Source: Chiloscyllium plagiosum
Taxonomy: Eukaryota
Assembly (NCBI RefSeq): GCF_004010195.1
Contig: NC_057725.1
Coordinates: 30,165,871-30,229,870 of the forward strand
DNA length: 64,000 nt
Reading direction: 5' to 3'
Part shown: positions 12,560 through 25,899 of the stretch, piece after piece
Position numbering within the stretch: position 1 is the stretch's first letter
How the letters are laid out: each line of letters begins with the position of its first letter
Made by a program: the position numbers and the translations under genes
The notes under the pieces: generated by a model
Seen by the model: the letters and a program-made list of their open reading frames with translations, nothing else
Database searches by the model: none
What the model was told of the DNA's origin: nothing

Positions 12560-13960
12560 AGAGATAAAAGACCATCCTTTGAAGAACTTGACGGTGCTAT
12601 TAGCAGAATTCCAAGTGGGATATTTCAGAACTAGAGTTGGCATGGACAAACAGAAAAGTCTCAAAAAAACTCTTGCCTCAGGTATCATGTCCTGGGAAAA
12701 ATAAATAGTAATAGACTGAGTCCTTTTGACCTTTGCTTCTACCAGAATGAACATATACTTTCGGAACAAACCACACCAAGAGGTATTATAGACACACCCA
12801 GGATTAAGGCATTGGCACCAGCCAGATATGATCATCACCAGGTCTGACTCTCTAAACAGCATTCTCAACACATATACAGCTACCACAGTACTGACTGCGA
12901 AATAATTGACTCCCTGATATGTACTCAGGTGAAATATTGTTAACATATCGATGTAAGGACATCAAAACCTTTTGAGATTCGCAATAGAGTGAAACAGAGC
13001 TGTGTTGTAGCATCAACACACTTTGGCATATTCTTTCCTTGCTGTTGTCATATGCCTTGAAATCACGACAGAGGGTATAACTATGTAGCAGAACAGATGG
13101 AAGGCTTTTCAGCCTTGCTCATCTAAGGTTCAAGCCAAATCTGTACTATGTGATCATCAGAAAGTTCTTCAAGTTGATGGTGCTGCACTAGCATTCAGAG
13201 GAACACATGCAGCAACAAATGCAGAGGTTCATAGGAGCTTTTCAAATAGCATCAGCATAACAAATGTCATGATCAAAGGTTCAGCCATATTATCATCTAT
13301 CAGTATTGAAAATGTGACATTAAAAGTTGCTGATATGTCAGCTTCACAATCACTAGCAATCTGTGACTCGTTTATTGAAAAAGCTGCAGTTGTTATGTCC
13401 AATCCAAGTAAAAGTGTGGAACACAGCAACTGGACTGAACACCAAACGGTGAATCTACCAAGCCTGCATCCTCAGAGTACTCCTTCATAGTAATAAGGAC
13501 TGGATAACATTTGCTGGGCAGGAGAAAGGATTATAGTTTCCATCTACACCTGTCTTGGACATATACACACCATCTCTAGGTCATGATCACCAACTCAGAG
13601 GTTTTGCAGTGCAATAATTCAATAATGTACAGCTGTTACTAAGTCAAACACATCTTCACCGGCTCACCCATGCTCATCAGATGAATGACAACCATATACC
13701 CAGACACCACCTGTATAGTGCATTGATAAATGGGTCAAAACCTTCTAGGCATCCATAACTCTATTACAAGATCATCTACAAGTGAGTTATGTAAATGCAG
13801 AAGACACTGACAACTGGGAGACATTCATTGATGGCTGTGACATCTGGAGGCTAACTGGAAGGGCACTGGAAGAGGCGAGCAGAAACTAAAACCTCAGCTG
13901 GTTGTGAAGATGGCCAGAGAAGAGATGCCAGTGAAATATCAATCGCCTGAGTCTAGGGTC
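12560..13960 (+). mobile_element. Highly degraded RTE-clade LINE (RT region)
   Basis: ~12985-13130 reads VKQSCVVASTL(F)GIFF(S)LLLSYA..TEG..RTDGRLFSLAHLR across frameshifts, matching the RTE VKQGCVLAPTLF..RTDG.LFNL.RL pattern. Confidence 0.65.
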
Positions 13961-15329
13961 TTCCATTGCAATTAATACAGGGACTGCTACAAAAATGGGG
14001 TCCCTAGCAAAATTAGTAGACCACAACAGGGAAAGCTTTTATCTTACAAGGTGGAAGGTTGCCACCACAAAAATAATTAACCTGAACTTGAAAACTGAAC
14101 TAATAAAACAAAACAACTGGGAGAATGCGTGGACATAAAATAACCGGTCCGAGTCTAAAATTAACTTTCAACATCACTACTAGCGTCCCAGCAATAAGCA
14201 GAATTGGGTTGAATTACATCAAAAGAAAAATCAATTGAGTTTTCAAACAGAGATGGTTACTTATTAAATTGACCCACAGTCACTGTTAAGGGTTTCTAGT
14301 CTATTAACTAGCTTATGCAGTCAATACTAAATGCTGCATATTAACCAAGCACAAAGAGAAATAGTGCAATAATGTAAAACATTTCAATCTTTTGCTCAGA
14401 ATGAAGCTGAGGCAGCAAACATTAACAGGTTGATAAACTGAGATAACTTTTATAAGTGCATAAACTTAATAAAGGAAAAGTTAGATAAGCATATAAAAGA
14501 GAAATAGACTTGTGAAATCTCACAAGGAACATCCAGACAATACAATCCTTTGTACTTTGAAACACCTAAAGGCAGAAGTATAATTAAAACTATTAGAGGC
14601 AGAATTTTAATCGATAGATTGATTATTCCAAACTGCCTTAAAATCCAAATGTCACGAATAACATCAACACAAACAGCATGCTGGCATGGAATGCAATGCA
14701 TTAATTAAAAAAGGACAGCATGTTAAATCACATTGAGAGCTTCTTCTATTCAAAATGTTGAATCTATAAATAAGGCATTATAGTACACAAATCATTCAGC
14801 AATAAACCCAATTAATTTGCTCATTAAGCTTCAAGGATACAAAAGTTTAATCAATATACAAAAGGGGTGAAATTTAGAAATTGAGAGATTTAATCAACAC
14901 ACAATGCACATTGGGAATTTCAGACTTGAAGCATAAAAATGTAAATAGTTTATCCTTATGCTAACCTCAAAAAACATTTGCGGTTGTCAAGATTTATTTG
15001 GAATGACAAATATGTTTGAACTTTAGCTACAATTTCAGTTTAACAGCAGGCTAAAGCAACAGTATGAGCATTAATCTCTCCAAAGGATGCATTTTCCAGC
15101 TAATATTAGAGAAAAATGTGATAGTTCCCCAAGAAAACAAAATCAGAAATTACTGGAGAAACTCAGCAAGTCTGACAGTATCCAGACAGAAAAGAGTTAA
15201 CATTTCAAGTCCAGTGACCCTTAGCATACAAGGTGTCATGAGGAGATGGCCGACTGGCTCCTTCCGACACAGACTGTATTTCAGATTTTGTATTAGCAAC
15301 ATCTTGCTTTAACTGTTAACTACAATCTA

Positions 15330-15857
15330 CGGAGGAACCTCGATTATCTGAATGTCAATTATCTGAACATCGGATTATCCGAAGGGGATCTCAAGGTCCC
15401 AATAGAAACATTACGTCAAAGAACTGTTTCAACCCTGATCGCATCTTTTGTTTGCCGGTACAATGATTAGAAATGGACTTGGCTCACTGAAATGCTGCCG
15501 AGAACAGTCCAGGCACCGTCTCTAAATGATTTACCTCCCACCCTCTCTCTCTCTCTCTACACTTTCCCTGGAGTTCTACACCAGGGTGAAGACGAGGATG
15601 GACGGGGAGGTGTGGGGTTGGGGCCAGACGGGTGTTGGAGGCAGGTGGTGGTGGGTGGATAGGAGCGGACAGGCCGGGAAGGAGGAGGTTGGGGGGAGGG
15701 GGGGTCTCACGTGAAGTGTGCTTTTACCTAGTTTCCTGAACAGGCAGCAAACTCCATAGAAAACTCCCAGCCCCAGAGGAAATCAATTAACCGAATAATC
15801 AAGTATCCAAACAAAATAGTGCCCACCCATCTCTTTTGGATAATTGAGGTTCCTCTG
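15330..15857. mobile_element. Second copy of the Tigger/pogo-like MITE, opposite orientation
   Basis: TA-flanked; TIR CGGAGGAACCTCGATTATC / GATAATTGAGGTTCCTCTG; subterminal sequence matches rc of 970-1630. Confidence 0.9.
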
Positions 15858-17759
15858 TACACAGAAGATGGATAATTGCCCAACTCCCCAAAGCAGGCAA
15901 AAAAGTATTAACTGCAAGTCCACAATGTAATCACATTCTGATGGGTTAGTTCTATCTAATCAACATATTCCCAGAGTTGGGATTGAGTTTACAGACGGTG
16001 AACAACAACTTTTCTTACACAATCATAAGTATAAACTGCTTCTGATTCAAATATTTGGGGATAGGGAAACAGCATTCACAGTGGGCCAAATAGCCTATAT
16101 TTGCATAACTTCAGACGAGCTATAAATAGCTCAAACAGAATGCTGCTTTATGTCATTTGTTCATGCAGCCAGATTCCTATTTACTGACAGGCTATAGCAT
16201 ATAGAATGGTGAGTTGCTATTTTATCTGTTATCCGTGGTGACCAGGAGGGAACAGAAATCACCAGATGGGGAGTGATAGATCAATATACCATATGTTGTA
16301 ACGTAGTGAGAGGATGCTGGTTTTATTAGGACAGTATCCCTTCTAGGTCTTCTCAATCTCAAAAATTAGCAAAATGTATCAGCAGAACACAAAATCAATA
16401 AATGAAAATGGAGTAAATGTGGATGCAGCTGGTGACAAAGAATTCTTGGCACATGTATTTTCAATGATGATTCAGCAGGGAGCTGCAGTTGTTGTCCTTG
16501 ATTTGAAGTCTTGCAAAATGAAAAAATACATTTGACTAAGAAAGTGGAAGTCTGCATGTAAGAATTAGTATTTAATTCTGAAGTTATGAAGCAAATATCT
16601 GCAAACAGTACACAATGGAACAAGTGATTTGTGCAGATAAAGAATGAGGCTGCTGATTAACACGAAACATCAAGTGTTTGAACACCACACAGCTTGCACC
16701 ACATTATCTGTTATAGTGTCAATATGACAAGAAATAAACTATACTAGAATTTTTAATCAACAGCACTTTACACCATTCTAAGGAATACAATTCAGGAGCA
16801 TTAGCAATGGCTCAACAAGTAGCACAACAAGAAAAGCATGTGGTAAACTCACATATACACCAATAACATCACAAACCAATGGGAATGAAAATGAAACACA
16901 CTGCAGTTGAATTCAAGCAAATGCATCCAAAGCTGCTAACAGACAATCATCATTTGACATAAGGGCTCCCTGATATGTCAAGAGCCTGTGCTGCCTCAAC
17001 ACCCCTCAGAACAAAGTACACTGAGGAATGCAAGTTGCATCAGACTCCACTCTCTTGGCTTTAGATATAAACACACATACCCATAGGGAGAAACAGATAC
17101 AGTAACATTCCACTTTGTAACAGTGCTTATCGCAGCACAATAGTCACATTCCACATGTGGAGAAAGTCCGGTTACCCTTAAAATTTGTGTCTTCAAAAGA
17201 ATAGAGTAACTCAGCTCATGAATACCAATACCTTGGGCTATAGCATAGCCCTCAACTGTCCAAGGTAGTCAGCCCACCAGACACTCAAGGAGAGCAGCGT
17301 AACAACCTCAATAACCAAGACAGCAACAGAGCCGCCACCCCCACCTCTTAGAGAACCCCTGTAATTCTGAGGGGCAACTGTAGAGAAACCCCCAACTAAT
17401 TGGAAGCAGCACAGCCACTACTCTATACCAAAATGTCACAGCACAGCTTTTCTCCCTTCAAACAATTAGGAGTAGTACATCCAAATAGGAGAGAAACCTA
17501 TCCCCCATCCAAAATATAAACAACAGATACAGGGTAACTACTTCTAGTCATCTGAGAGAACGATGGAGCCCATCTCACATCTGGAGTGAACAAGGAAGTT
17601 CCACTCATGGGCAACAGTTTCGCTCTCAAGGAGAATGGCATAACCCGACAAAGAGCAGTATTTAAATACAGGCAGAAGCAGCAAAGACTACCCCACAACA
17701 TTACACCCACAAGACGAGGGAGCAGTATAGGACCCAACACATCGGCAGGGGAGTAATTT

Positions 17760-17922
17760 TTTTAGATTAGATTACTTACAGTGTGGAAACAAGCCCTTCG
17801 GCCTAACAAGTCCACACCGACCTGCCGAAGCGCAACCCACCCAGACCCATTCCCCTACATTTACCCCTTCACCTAACACCACGAGCAATTTAGCACAGGC
17901 AATTTAGCATGGCCAATTCACC
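17760..17922 (-). mobile_element. HE1-like SINE 3' fragment
   Basis: ttagattagattacttacagtgtggaaac is rc of the 7340-7494 tail. Confidence 0.85.
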
Positions 17923-18557
17923 AGTAATGGTACACAACAGCAGAGACCCAGCCTATAACAGTAGACAGCAGCAATAGACATACCCCGACATTGAGGCAAA
18001 GCAATGTAACTATTACAATTCTAGAAGTAGCAACATCAGCTCCAACTACCTCCATCCCTAAATCAAGGGGACCAGCATCAGGACACTATCGCTCCAAATC
18101 AGTCAGAAATGTCAACTGCCCTTCCCAACCAAATCCACGAGAATGAGCATCAGCTCCTACACCCTAAAGCATTACTGAACTCCTATTCTAAATCCACAGG
18201 AAGCAATGTCAGCAATTTCTGCCTCCCACAGTCACCCCAGATCGAAAAGTCCCCATCCCACTCTAACAAGAGGCAGCGTTGATTCACCCTTCCACCCAAA
18301 CGTAGGTATCTTTACTCTAATTTTTGCGGACAACAGAAACTCTCTCCCCGACCCAGAAGGTGGTGGGTGACATTTGCGACCTACGCTGCCCGACTTCCAA
18401 GCCAGCTAAGGCGCTGGGTGGTGGAAGAATAGCAGCAGGTGCGAGACATCTCCCCTCGCCAACACAAGCCTTCAGCATTTATATAGTGCCTTGAAGACAG
18501 TGAAACATCACCCACTCCCCGCCGCAAGCTGCTTTGCAACAGCTGTCAGGGCCTCAC

Positions 18558-18596
18558 CTCTGTGGGTAGCAGTTGGTTCTCCTCACTGGGCACCAT
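18558..18596 (-). CDS. USP47: First coding exon of a ubiquitin-specific peptidase 47-like gene (MVPSEENQLLPTE); remaining exons not found in window
   Basis: ATGGTGCCCAGTGAGGAGAACCAACTGCTACCCACAGAG then GTGAGG donor (phase 0); matches recalled USP47 N-terminus MVPGEENQLVPKE; lies in a CpG island. Confidence 0.75.
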
Positions 18597-18659
18597 GTCT
18601 TGGAAAAGGAGAAGAGGTTTGAGGGGGAAGGGGTGAGGGAGGGGAAGGGAGGGTAGAAG

Positions 18660-19020
18660 GGGGAGAACAGGCAGGGGAGAGGGGCGGCCGAGCCGCGCTT
18701 CTCAGGACGGACACATCATTTCGGAACTCAGGCTGCTGGCAGAGGTGGGGTTTAAACTGAACCAAAACGCACCAAGTGTCCCTCACGATGGGATACGAGA
18801 GAGCAGTGGGCCCGTCCTGCTTCCTTCCTTCACTAACTCACTCTTAGTCAGTCAGGGCGCCCGGGCAACAACCAAAATGGCGGATGCGGGCCTCTACGCG
18901 CAGCGTCCGCCGCTAGGCATCACCAACGTCATCACGCTCCCACACGCCCCGCCCTCTACGCACGCTCCAGTCTTCACAGCCACTTCCAGTGCCAGGTGGC
19001 AGCAGAGGCGCAGTCTCTAC
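18660..19020 (-). promoter_or_regulatory. CpG-island promoter/5' UTR of the USP47-like gene
   Basis: CpG-rich; YY1 motif AAAATGGCGG (18874-18883), CRE half-site ACGTCA (~18926), GC box GCCCCGCC (~18947), partial CTCF-like CCAGGTGGCAGCA (~18992). Confidence 0.7.
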
Positions 19021-20571
19021 AGGGTTCACTGTCAGGAAGCATGACTTTGCAAATGGGGAAATGTGCAGTGGTGGTAGGAGTGGACGCAAGTTGTTGCGCA
19101 GAGGGAAATGCATCAATGGTGAATGGTAGCACTCCTGGTGCCAGGTTCTTTTACATTTTGGGTAATGACACTCAGCTGTGCCACACCAGACCCCAGCAGA
19201 CCCTCTAGTACTGGGCAAACAGAAATTGCCTCCAATTAAATACTGGGAAGGCCCATCTTACAAATACTGTTTTCGTGTCATCAACTTTGGTATTATGCCA
19301 TTAAATATTAATTCCCTCAAGCTTTCTCAGTAATTCTATGAGACCATGATGAAATTAATTGTAACCTCAAAGTGATATTCTCGCTCAATATCCTATAACA
19401 CTTTGCTTAATAAAAATTAACTCAAGTTTGCCTTAAAAATATTCAAGGAATCTCTTCCTGAAAGGATGGTGGAAGCAGAATTTCCAAGGCTCATGAACTT
19501 CAGAGGGAAAGTTTCACTTAATCCATGTTTAGGTGGGTTATCCCCTGATTTTTTTAAACAGAGACCCCTAATTCTACATTCTCTCATTAAAAAAAATACG
19601 TCCTCTCCACATTTACCCTATCAAGGCCCCTCGGCATTGTATTTCAATCAAGAACATAATAGAAATAGGAGCAGGAGTAAGCCACCTGGCCCGATGAGCC
19701 TGCTTTACTAAGTCAGTTTTACACTGCTAAACTCCAGCAAGATAAGCCTTTCCTAACAAAGCAACCATCCATTCCAGGTATTAGTCTGGTAACCCTCCTC
19801 TGAACTGTTTCCACATGTTTAGATCATTTGTAAAGTACCGAATGTTGTGTACAATATTTCAGATGCAATCTCACTAATGCCCTGTATAATTGAAGTATAA
19901 CCTCCCAACTTTTGCATTCAGTTTTCATTGTGTCCGGTGACTCTTCATCAGAACATTAGGTCAGTTCCGATGAAGAGAGTTGCCAGACTCAAAACATTAA
20001 CTATGCTTTCTTCCCACACATATTGCCAGACCTGCTAAGTTTCAACAGCAATTTCTGTGTTTGTTTCAGATCTCCAGCATCCACAGTTCTTTGTTTTACT
20101 TTATTTGTTTGAAAATAGCTCATGAAGCATCTTATGAATATAAAGTCATTTTCTAAATATAAACTACTGTTTTATTGTTTGTGTTAGTGGAGGGTGCAGT
20201 GTTGACTAACATACTGATATATAGAACATACTCTCATGGTCTCACGTTTAACAGATCATTCGTAAAAACTGCAGCACTTTGTTCCTACTGCAATAAAGTT
20301 TTGATCAATCCTTGAAGTAGAGCTTCAAACCTACAGACATGATGATAAGCCACGATAGCACATAATGGAATATGAATTGTATAATTTACTACATTTATCA
20401 ATTTTGGAATTTGGATTTCAATATAGATGCAGGTGCGTGTTAGTTTCTTTTGTGAAAGGTTTAAACAGGTCAGAGTATTATTCTGAAATAGTGGTTTCAA
20501 TCCAATGTTTTGTCAAATTTAGTGTTAATGAGAAAATGTTTATATTAATAGGTTTTAAAAAGCAGAGTAAA

Positions 20572-21027
20572 TATCACTAGCAGTCTTTTTCCAAGATATC
20601 ATAATGGACAACTAATAAAGGCAGATCCCTAGTACGGGGACTGATCCATGCTGTCAACATTAAAAACCAGTTCCAACCAACTGATCTACCTCTGCAGTCC
20701 AATTTATACAATGACAACCTACAAGTCCCAGTCTGTCCATTAAGTTGTTTATTTTTTAAAGTTTTGAGCATAGGGAGTGATGTTGCAAGCTGGCAAAGCA
20801 TTCTGATCATTTACTGGGCACTCCATTTCATCCCATCATCATTCTCCCTTCATACTGTTACACTGGGATGGTGGCACGTTTATAATTGGGAGAGTTGGAG
20901 TGAATTAAACAATGGACAGCTGGCACTTGCATGTTGAGCTACAGACAGAACTAGGTAGGTTCAGTCGTCCTATAAGGGATCTTTATTAATTGCCCATTAT
21001 GATATCTTGGAAAGCTTACAGTGACAT
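20572..21027. repeat. Fold-back element (long imperfect inverted repeat)
   Basis: 20588-20620 matches rc of 20981-21013 at 31/33; similarity continues inward. Confidence 0.8.
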
Positions 21028-21674
21028 CAAAGTGTTCAGTAAAAACATGTTTAGCAACCCTCAGAAAACGAGGGCACTGCACAAGGGACAGAATGATACA
21101 CTGTCTGCAGGTGGGAGATAATCATTTGGATACTATGGAAGGTGAACTTCCTTTAAACTACTGAGCTATTGTTTTTGATAAATTATTTTTATTATTGAGT
21201 AATGAGTTGGTTAGTAATACTAACATCTCAATTTATTTCCACTCTCCCCTGTTGAAATATTTCACGGGTTGCTCCTGTTAAAGTTATTTTTGTTTGAGTT
21301 GTTTGCTAATCAGCAATTAACAAATGTGAAAACTACCTCAATGTAATTTGCATATTGGGATGATTTCTCTCAAATAAAAGCAATAATTGTATTAAAAGTA
21401 CAGGGAACAAGCAGAAGTCCAAAAATAAATCACATCATCGGAAATCTTCATTAAGGTACCTTGCAATAATCTTAAAATCTGTAAGAACTGTAGGTGCTGT
21501 AAATCAGCAACTAAAAGGAAAGATCACAACCCAAAATGTTAACTCTGATTCTCTCAACAGATGCAGCCAGACATGCTGAACTTATCCAACAATTTCTGTT
21601 TTTGTGTATGCAGGAATCTTTATGGTTAACTTCTGAAAACTTTCTCCAGTTATACAATCTTTCAAGGCCCTTCA

Positions 21675-22450
21675 GACTGGAGGCCTGTGACCAGTAGAGT
21701 GCCACAAGGATCTGTGCTGGGCCCTCTATTTTTTGTCATCTACATAAATGATTTGGATGCGAGCATAAGAGGTACAGTTAGTAAGTTTGCAGATGACACC
21801 AAAATTGGAGATGTAGTGGACAGCGAAGAGGGTTACCTCAGATTACAACAGAATCTGGAGCAGATGGGCCAATGGGCTGAGGAGTGGCAGATGGAGTTTA
21901 ATTCAGATATTGGAACATTGCGTGCAATTCTGGTCTCCTTCCTATCAGAAAGATGTTGTGAAACATGAAAGGGTTCAGAAAATATTTGCCAGGGTTGGAG
22001 GATTTGAGCTATAGGGAGAGACTGAACAGGCTGGGGCTGTTTTCCCTGGAGCGTTGGAGGCTGAGGGGTGACCTTATAGAGGTTTACAAAATTATGAGGG
22101 GCAGGAATAGGATAAATAGGCAAAGTCTTTCCCCTGGGGCCGGGGAATCCAGAACTAGAGGGCATAGGTTTAGGGTGAGAGGAGAAAGATATAAAAGAGA
22201 CCTAAGGGGCAACTTTTTCACGCAGAGCATGGTACGTGTATGGAATGAGCTGTCAGAGGATGTGGTGGAGGCTGGTATAATTGCAACATTTAAGAGGCAT
22301 TTAGATGGGTATATGAATAGGAAGGGTTTGGAGGGAAATGGGCCAAGTGCTGGCAGGTTGGACTAGATTGGGTTGGGATATCTGGTCGGCGTGGACAGGT
22401 TGGACCGAAGGGTCTGTTTCCATGCTGTACATCTCTATGACTCTATGATT
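21675..22450 (+). mobile_element. Relatively young CR1 3' fragment with internal deletion
   Basis: VPQGSVLGPLFFVIYINDLD..SKFADDTKIG; LSYRERLNRLGLFSLE..RLRGDLIEVYKIM; tail ctctatgactctatga. Confidence 0.92.
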
Positions 22451-24946
22451 CTGCAATGCTCCAATTCTGACTTTTTGTCTATCCCCATTCTAATCACTGG
22501 GGTTTTACCTTCACCTCAGCCCCAAGTTCTCGACTTCCCTCCCTAAAATTCTGCCATCTACCTTGACATGGCAGGAAGTAGCTACTCAGTAAAAACCTCA
22601 GTTTGGGTTCTTTCAGGGTTACTCAACTGCGGACTTTATAGCAACATTGGGGCAGCATAAATTCAAAGAAGTAAGTCCTAGCGGTAACACCAAGGCAGTG
22701 ATTGTATAGTGGAGCACCAAGGAAACCTAGAAAAAGTCAACTGGGAAAAATTGTCACTAATTGAAATCCAACTTAGTTCCAAGACATCACTGCAGATTTT
22801 TATCTGGACAGTCTTCTAGGCTTAAAAATCTTCAGCTATTTCACCAGTTATCTTTCCTCCAATATATGGTTAGAAGCAGGATATTTGCTGATTAAAGCAC
22901 AATGATTGGGACCACTTGCAACCATTCAAACATCAAAGCTATTCCATGCTTAACTCAGGCTAGAGGTATGCGATGTGTAATATTCATGCCACACAAGCAC
23001 CCAATCAATGGCCACCTCCCACTATAAAAAAAGTCTAATCAGCTCCCAGTGACACTCAACATTACCATCATGAATTCTTCAGCATTAACTTCCTGGGGGT
23101 TACTACTGATCAGAAACTGAACTGGACCAGTCATAAATACTACGATTACTAAAGCAGATCAGAGGCTGGAAATTATGCAGTGACTAACTCACCTCCTGAC
23201 TCTCTAAAATCTGTCCACCAACAAGGTACAGGAACACTCTCCACTTGCAGCTACAATGTCACAAGAAGCTTTACACTAACCAGAATTGCTTGATTGACAC
23301 TGCAGACACCACCTTAAACAATTGCTCCCTCTACCATTGGTAGCATCATGTATCATTTTTTTTAAAAAAGCTGCTATTATTGTCATTGCAACTGCAGAGG
23401 GAACATTCACCAGCATTGCAGTAGCAGTGCCTGTGATGTCACTGCTAGTGACTCTGCATTTAGCTTCATCCATAAGCTAAATGCATTTAGCTTCATCGAG
23501 CAACACAAATAGAATTTAACATCAACTGTGTTATTTCCCCCACCGCACCAGCCAAATTATTTCAAATCAATTCAATTCAATTCAAATCCTGGAACTGTGA
23601 ATTGCTTGCATTGTATGTTCAGGACTGGTTGGCCCATTTGATACCTCCTTGACCATCTCCTTCATGACATCCTGACTGCTCACCTCACCCATTCTGTTCC
23701 ATTTGAGCATGGGTACAGGACTGCATGTGAGGGGATTGCAACAAGCGGTAAAGACTGGGTTGGTGAGTGGATGGCAAGCTTATTGCCAAGTAGAGTGGCA
23801 AGCAAAGGTGTTGAGTGTTCATTAGGCACAGCAGCATTCTGCATTCTCCTATAAGCAGACTGGATGCCAGCTTCCAGAGCCAGGCACACATTAGCATCAG
23901 TTGCACTGACTTTCTGCTGCAATGTGGTAGCACATGATTTGATTTGAATTGAATGGAATGATTTACTGTCACTCTTCTTTAACAAATAAATAGTGAAAAG
24001 TGTAATGTGTTACCACATTCCAGTATCATTGCGTTACTGAAGACATTAAGATAAAAACAAAATATAACTAAAAACAGGGATTTTTCTCCTTTATTGTACT
24101 CCACTTGCCACTGGGAATAGAGAGGGTCTCCACAATGGGCTCCATAGCCACCAAAGCCCCCACATAACAGTCCATTCCAGGAGTCCCACTCCTGGCTACC
24201 ATCACCACTACCACTCTGCTACTAGGAGCACCACACCAGGCCTACCACATCACTGCCAATGCAACTGCCACTACCATCAAATCACCAGGAGTACTAATTT
24301 GGGCCTAATGCATTGCCGCAGCTGACCGGCACCAGTCATAGATGCCACTTTCTCTGTTGACCACAGAGGCCACCCTGCCATTGCCACCATCTTGAAAACC
24401 ACTGCCATCCCTGAGTCCTGCACTGAGCCCACCAAGTTCAAAGTCACCATGCTCTAGTGCCATCTCTCAGCGCTGGACCCATACTCACTGCCATTGCAAG
24501 CTCTCCTCGGGCTTACTCTTCCCAAGGAGCTGACTTTGCCAACACTGTCCCACATGCTCAGGAGGCTGGGCCCACTTTCCCCCGGCCAAATATGCCAAAA
24601 AAGGCCTCCAAAAAGCGGGACAAAATAGAGAGCAACGTAAAAAGAAAACAAAAGGCAGACAGAAGCAGGTGAGTGCCGAGCCAGGAGCTCAGACACAAGA
24701 CCAATATTCCACTGTCATCTTGGTTAATTAGATTATTTTTAGAATTTACAGCAAAAAAACCATGAGTCCCAACTGGTCAATGTCAGTGCTCATGCTGCAC
24801 GTAAACACTTTTCCATCCTATGAACATATCCTTCTATTCAATTCTCCTTTCTCATATCTATCTAGTTTCTAGAAATTAGCAATTTGATAAAGTACCTAAA
24901 ATTGTTTCCCTTTGCCTTATTGGCCAATTCTATCACCTCTCTTGTC

Positions 24947-25027
24947 GGCCTGGATGCTGCCTGACCTGCTGTGCTGTTCCAGCAATAAAGTTTCAACTTT
25001 GATCTCCAGCATCTGCAGACCTCACTT
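24947..25027 (+). mobile_element. 81-bp Penelope-type 3' tail insertion
   Basis: Perfect 14-bp TSD tcacctctcttgtc (24933-24946, 25028-25041). Confidence 0.8.
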
Positions 25028-25899
25028 TCACCTCTCTTGTCACTCATCTTTGGAATAATTGTATTGCCCTTAGTCAGACTGTGAAGGTAAATTAGTCAGT
25101 TGAAAAACATAGGTGATTTACAGGGTGGTGGCTAATGGGTAAACAAAAAGTGATTTAGTGATGGAAAAAAATGTTCAGTTATGTCTAAGAACACTTCTGG
25201 ATACAAAAAGTAAAAAAGAACACAGGAGCAGGAATATGCTGTTCAGTCCATCAAGCTCATTCCACCATCAACAAGATCCTCTGTCTCAATGCTTCACTCC
25301 AACTGTTTCCCCATACCCCTTGGCCCCTCTATTTTCTACATCTGTATTTATTTCTTAAATATATTCAGTAACTTCATCTCCATAGCCTGATAGAAAATTC
25401 CACACATTCACTCAATTAAACAAAAACTCATCTCAGTCCAAAATAGACTACCACATACCTTAAGATTGAACCAGCTTGTCTTAACCTCTCTGACAGAGAA
25501 GGATCATCCTTTCACCCTGTCTGTTCAGCCCTCCCAGAATTGTATACACTTCAATAAAATTCCTTCAGTCTTCTAAATTCCAGTGCATACAGATTCAATC
25601 AACCCAATCTCACTTCATACAGCAAATCTTGCCATCCCAGGAATCAGCGTGGTGACCTTCACTGCCTTTCCTCTATAACAAATATATATTTTGTCAAGTA
25701 AGGAACACTACACAAAATACTCCAGGTTGCGTCAACCGCGGTTTCAGACAGAAAATCTTTCCGTTCCCTAGGTTAGTGAAGAGTACTGGCAATTTCAATG
25801 AGAAGAGCATCTTTACAACAGCTTACACCTGTAGTTACCCAGCAACTTGCACCCATAAGTTTCCAAATGTAAAAAAGGTCTACACTTAGTACGGTGTTT

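Noticed and set aside
12425-12946. 173-aa - strand ORF as a USP47 exon or host gene
   Set aside because: No resemblance to USP47; largely antisense to the RTE relic
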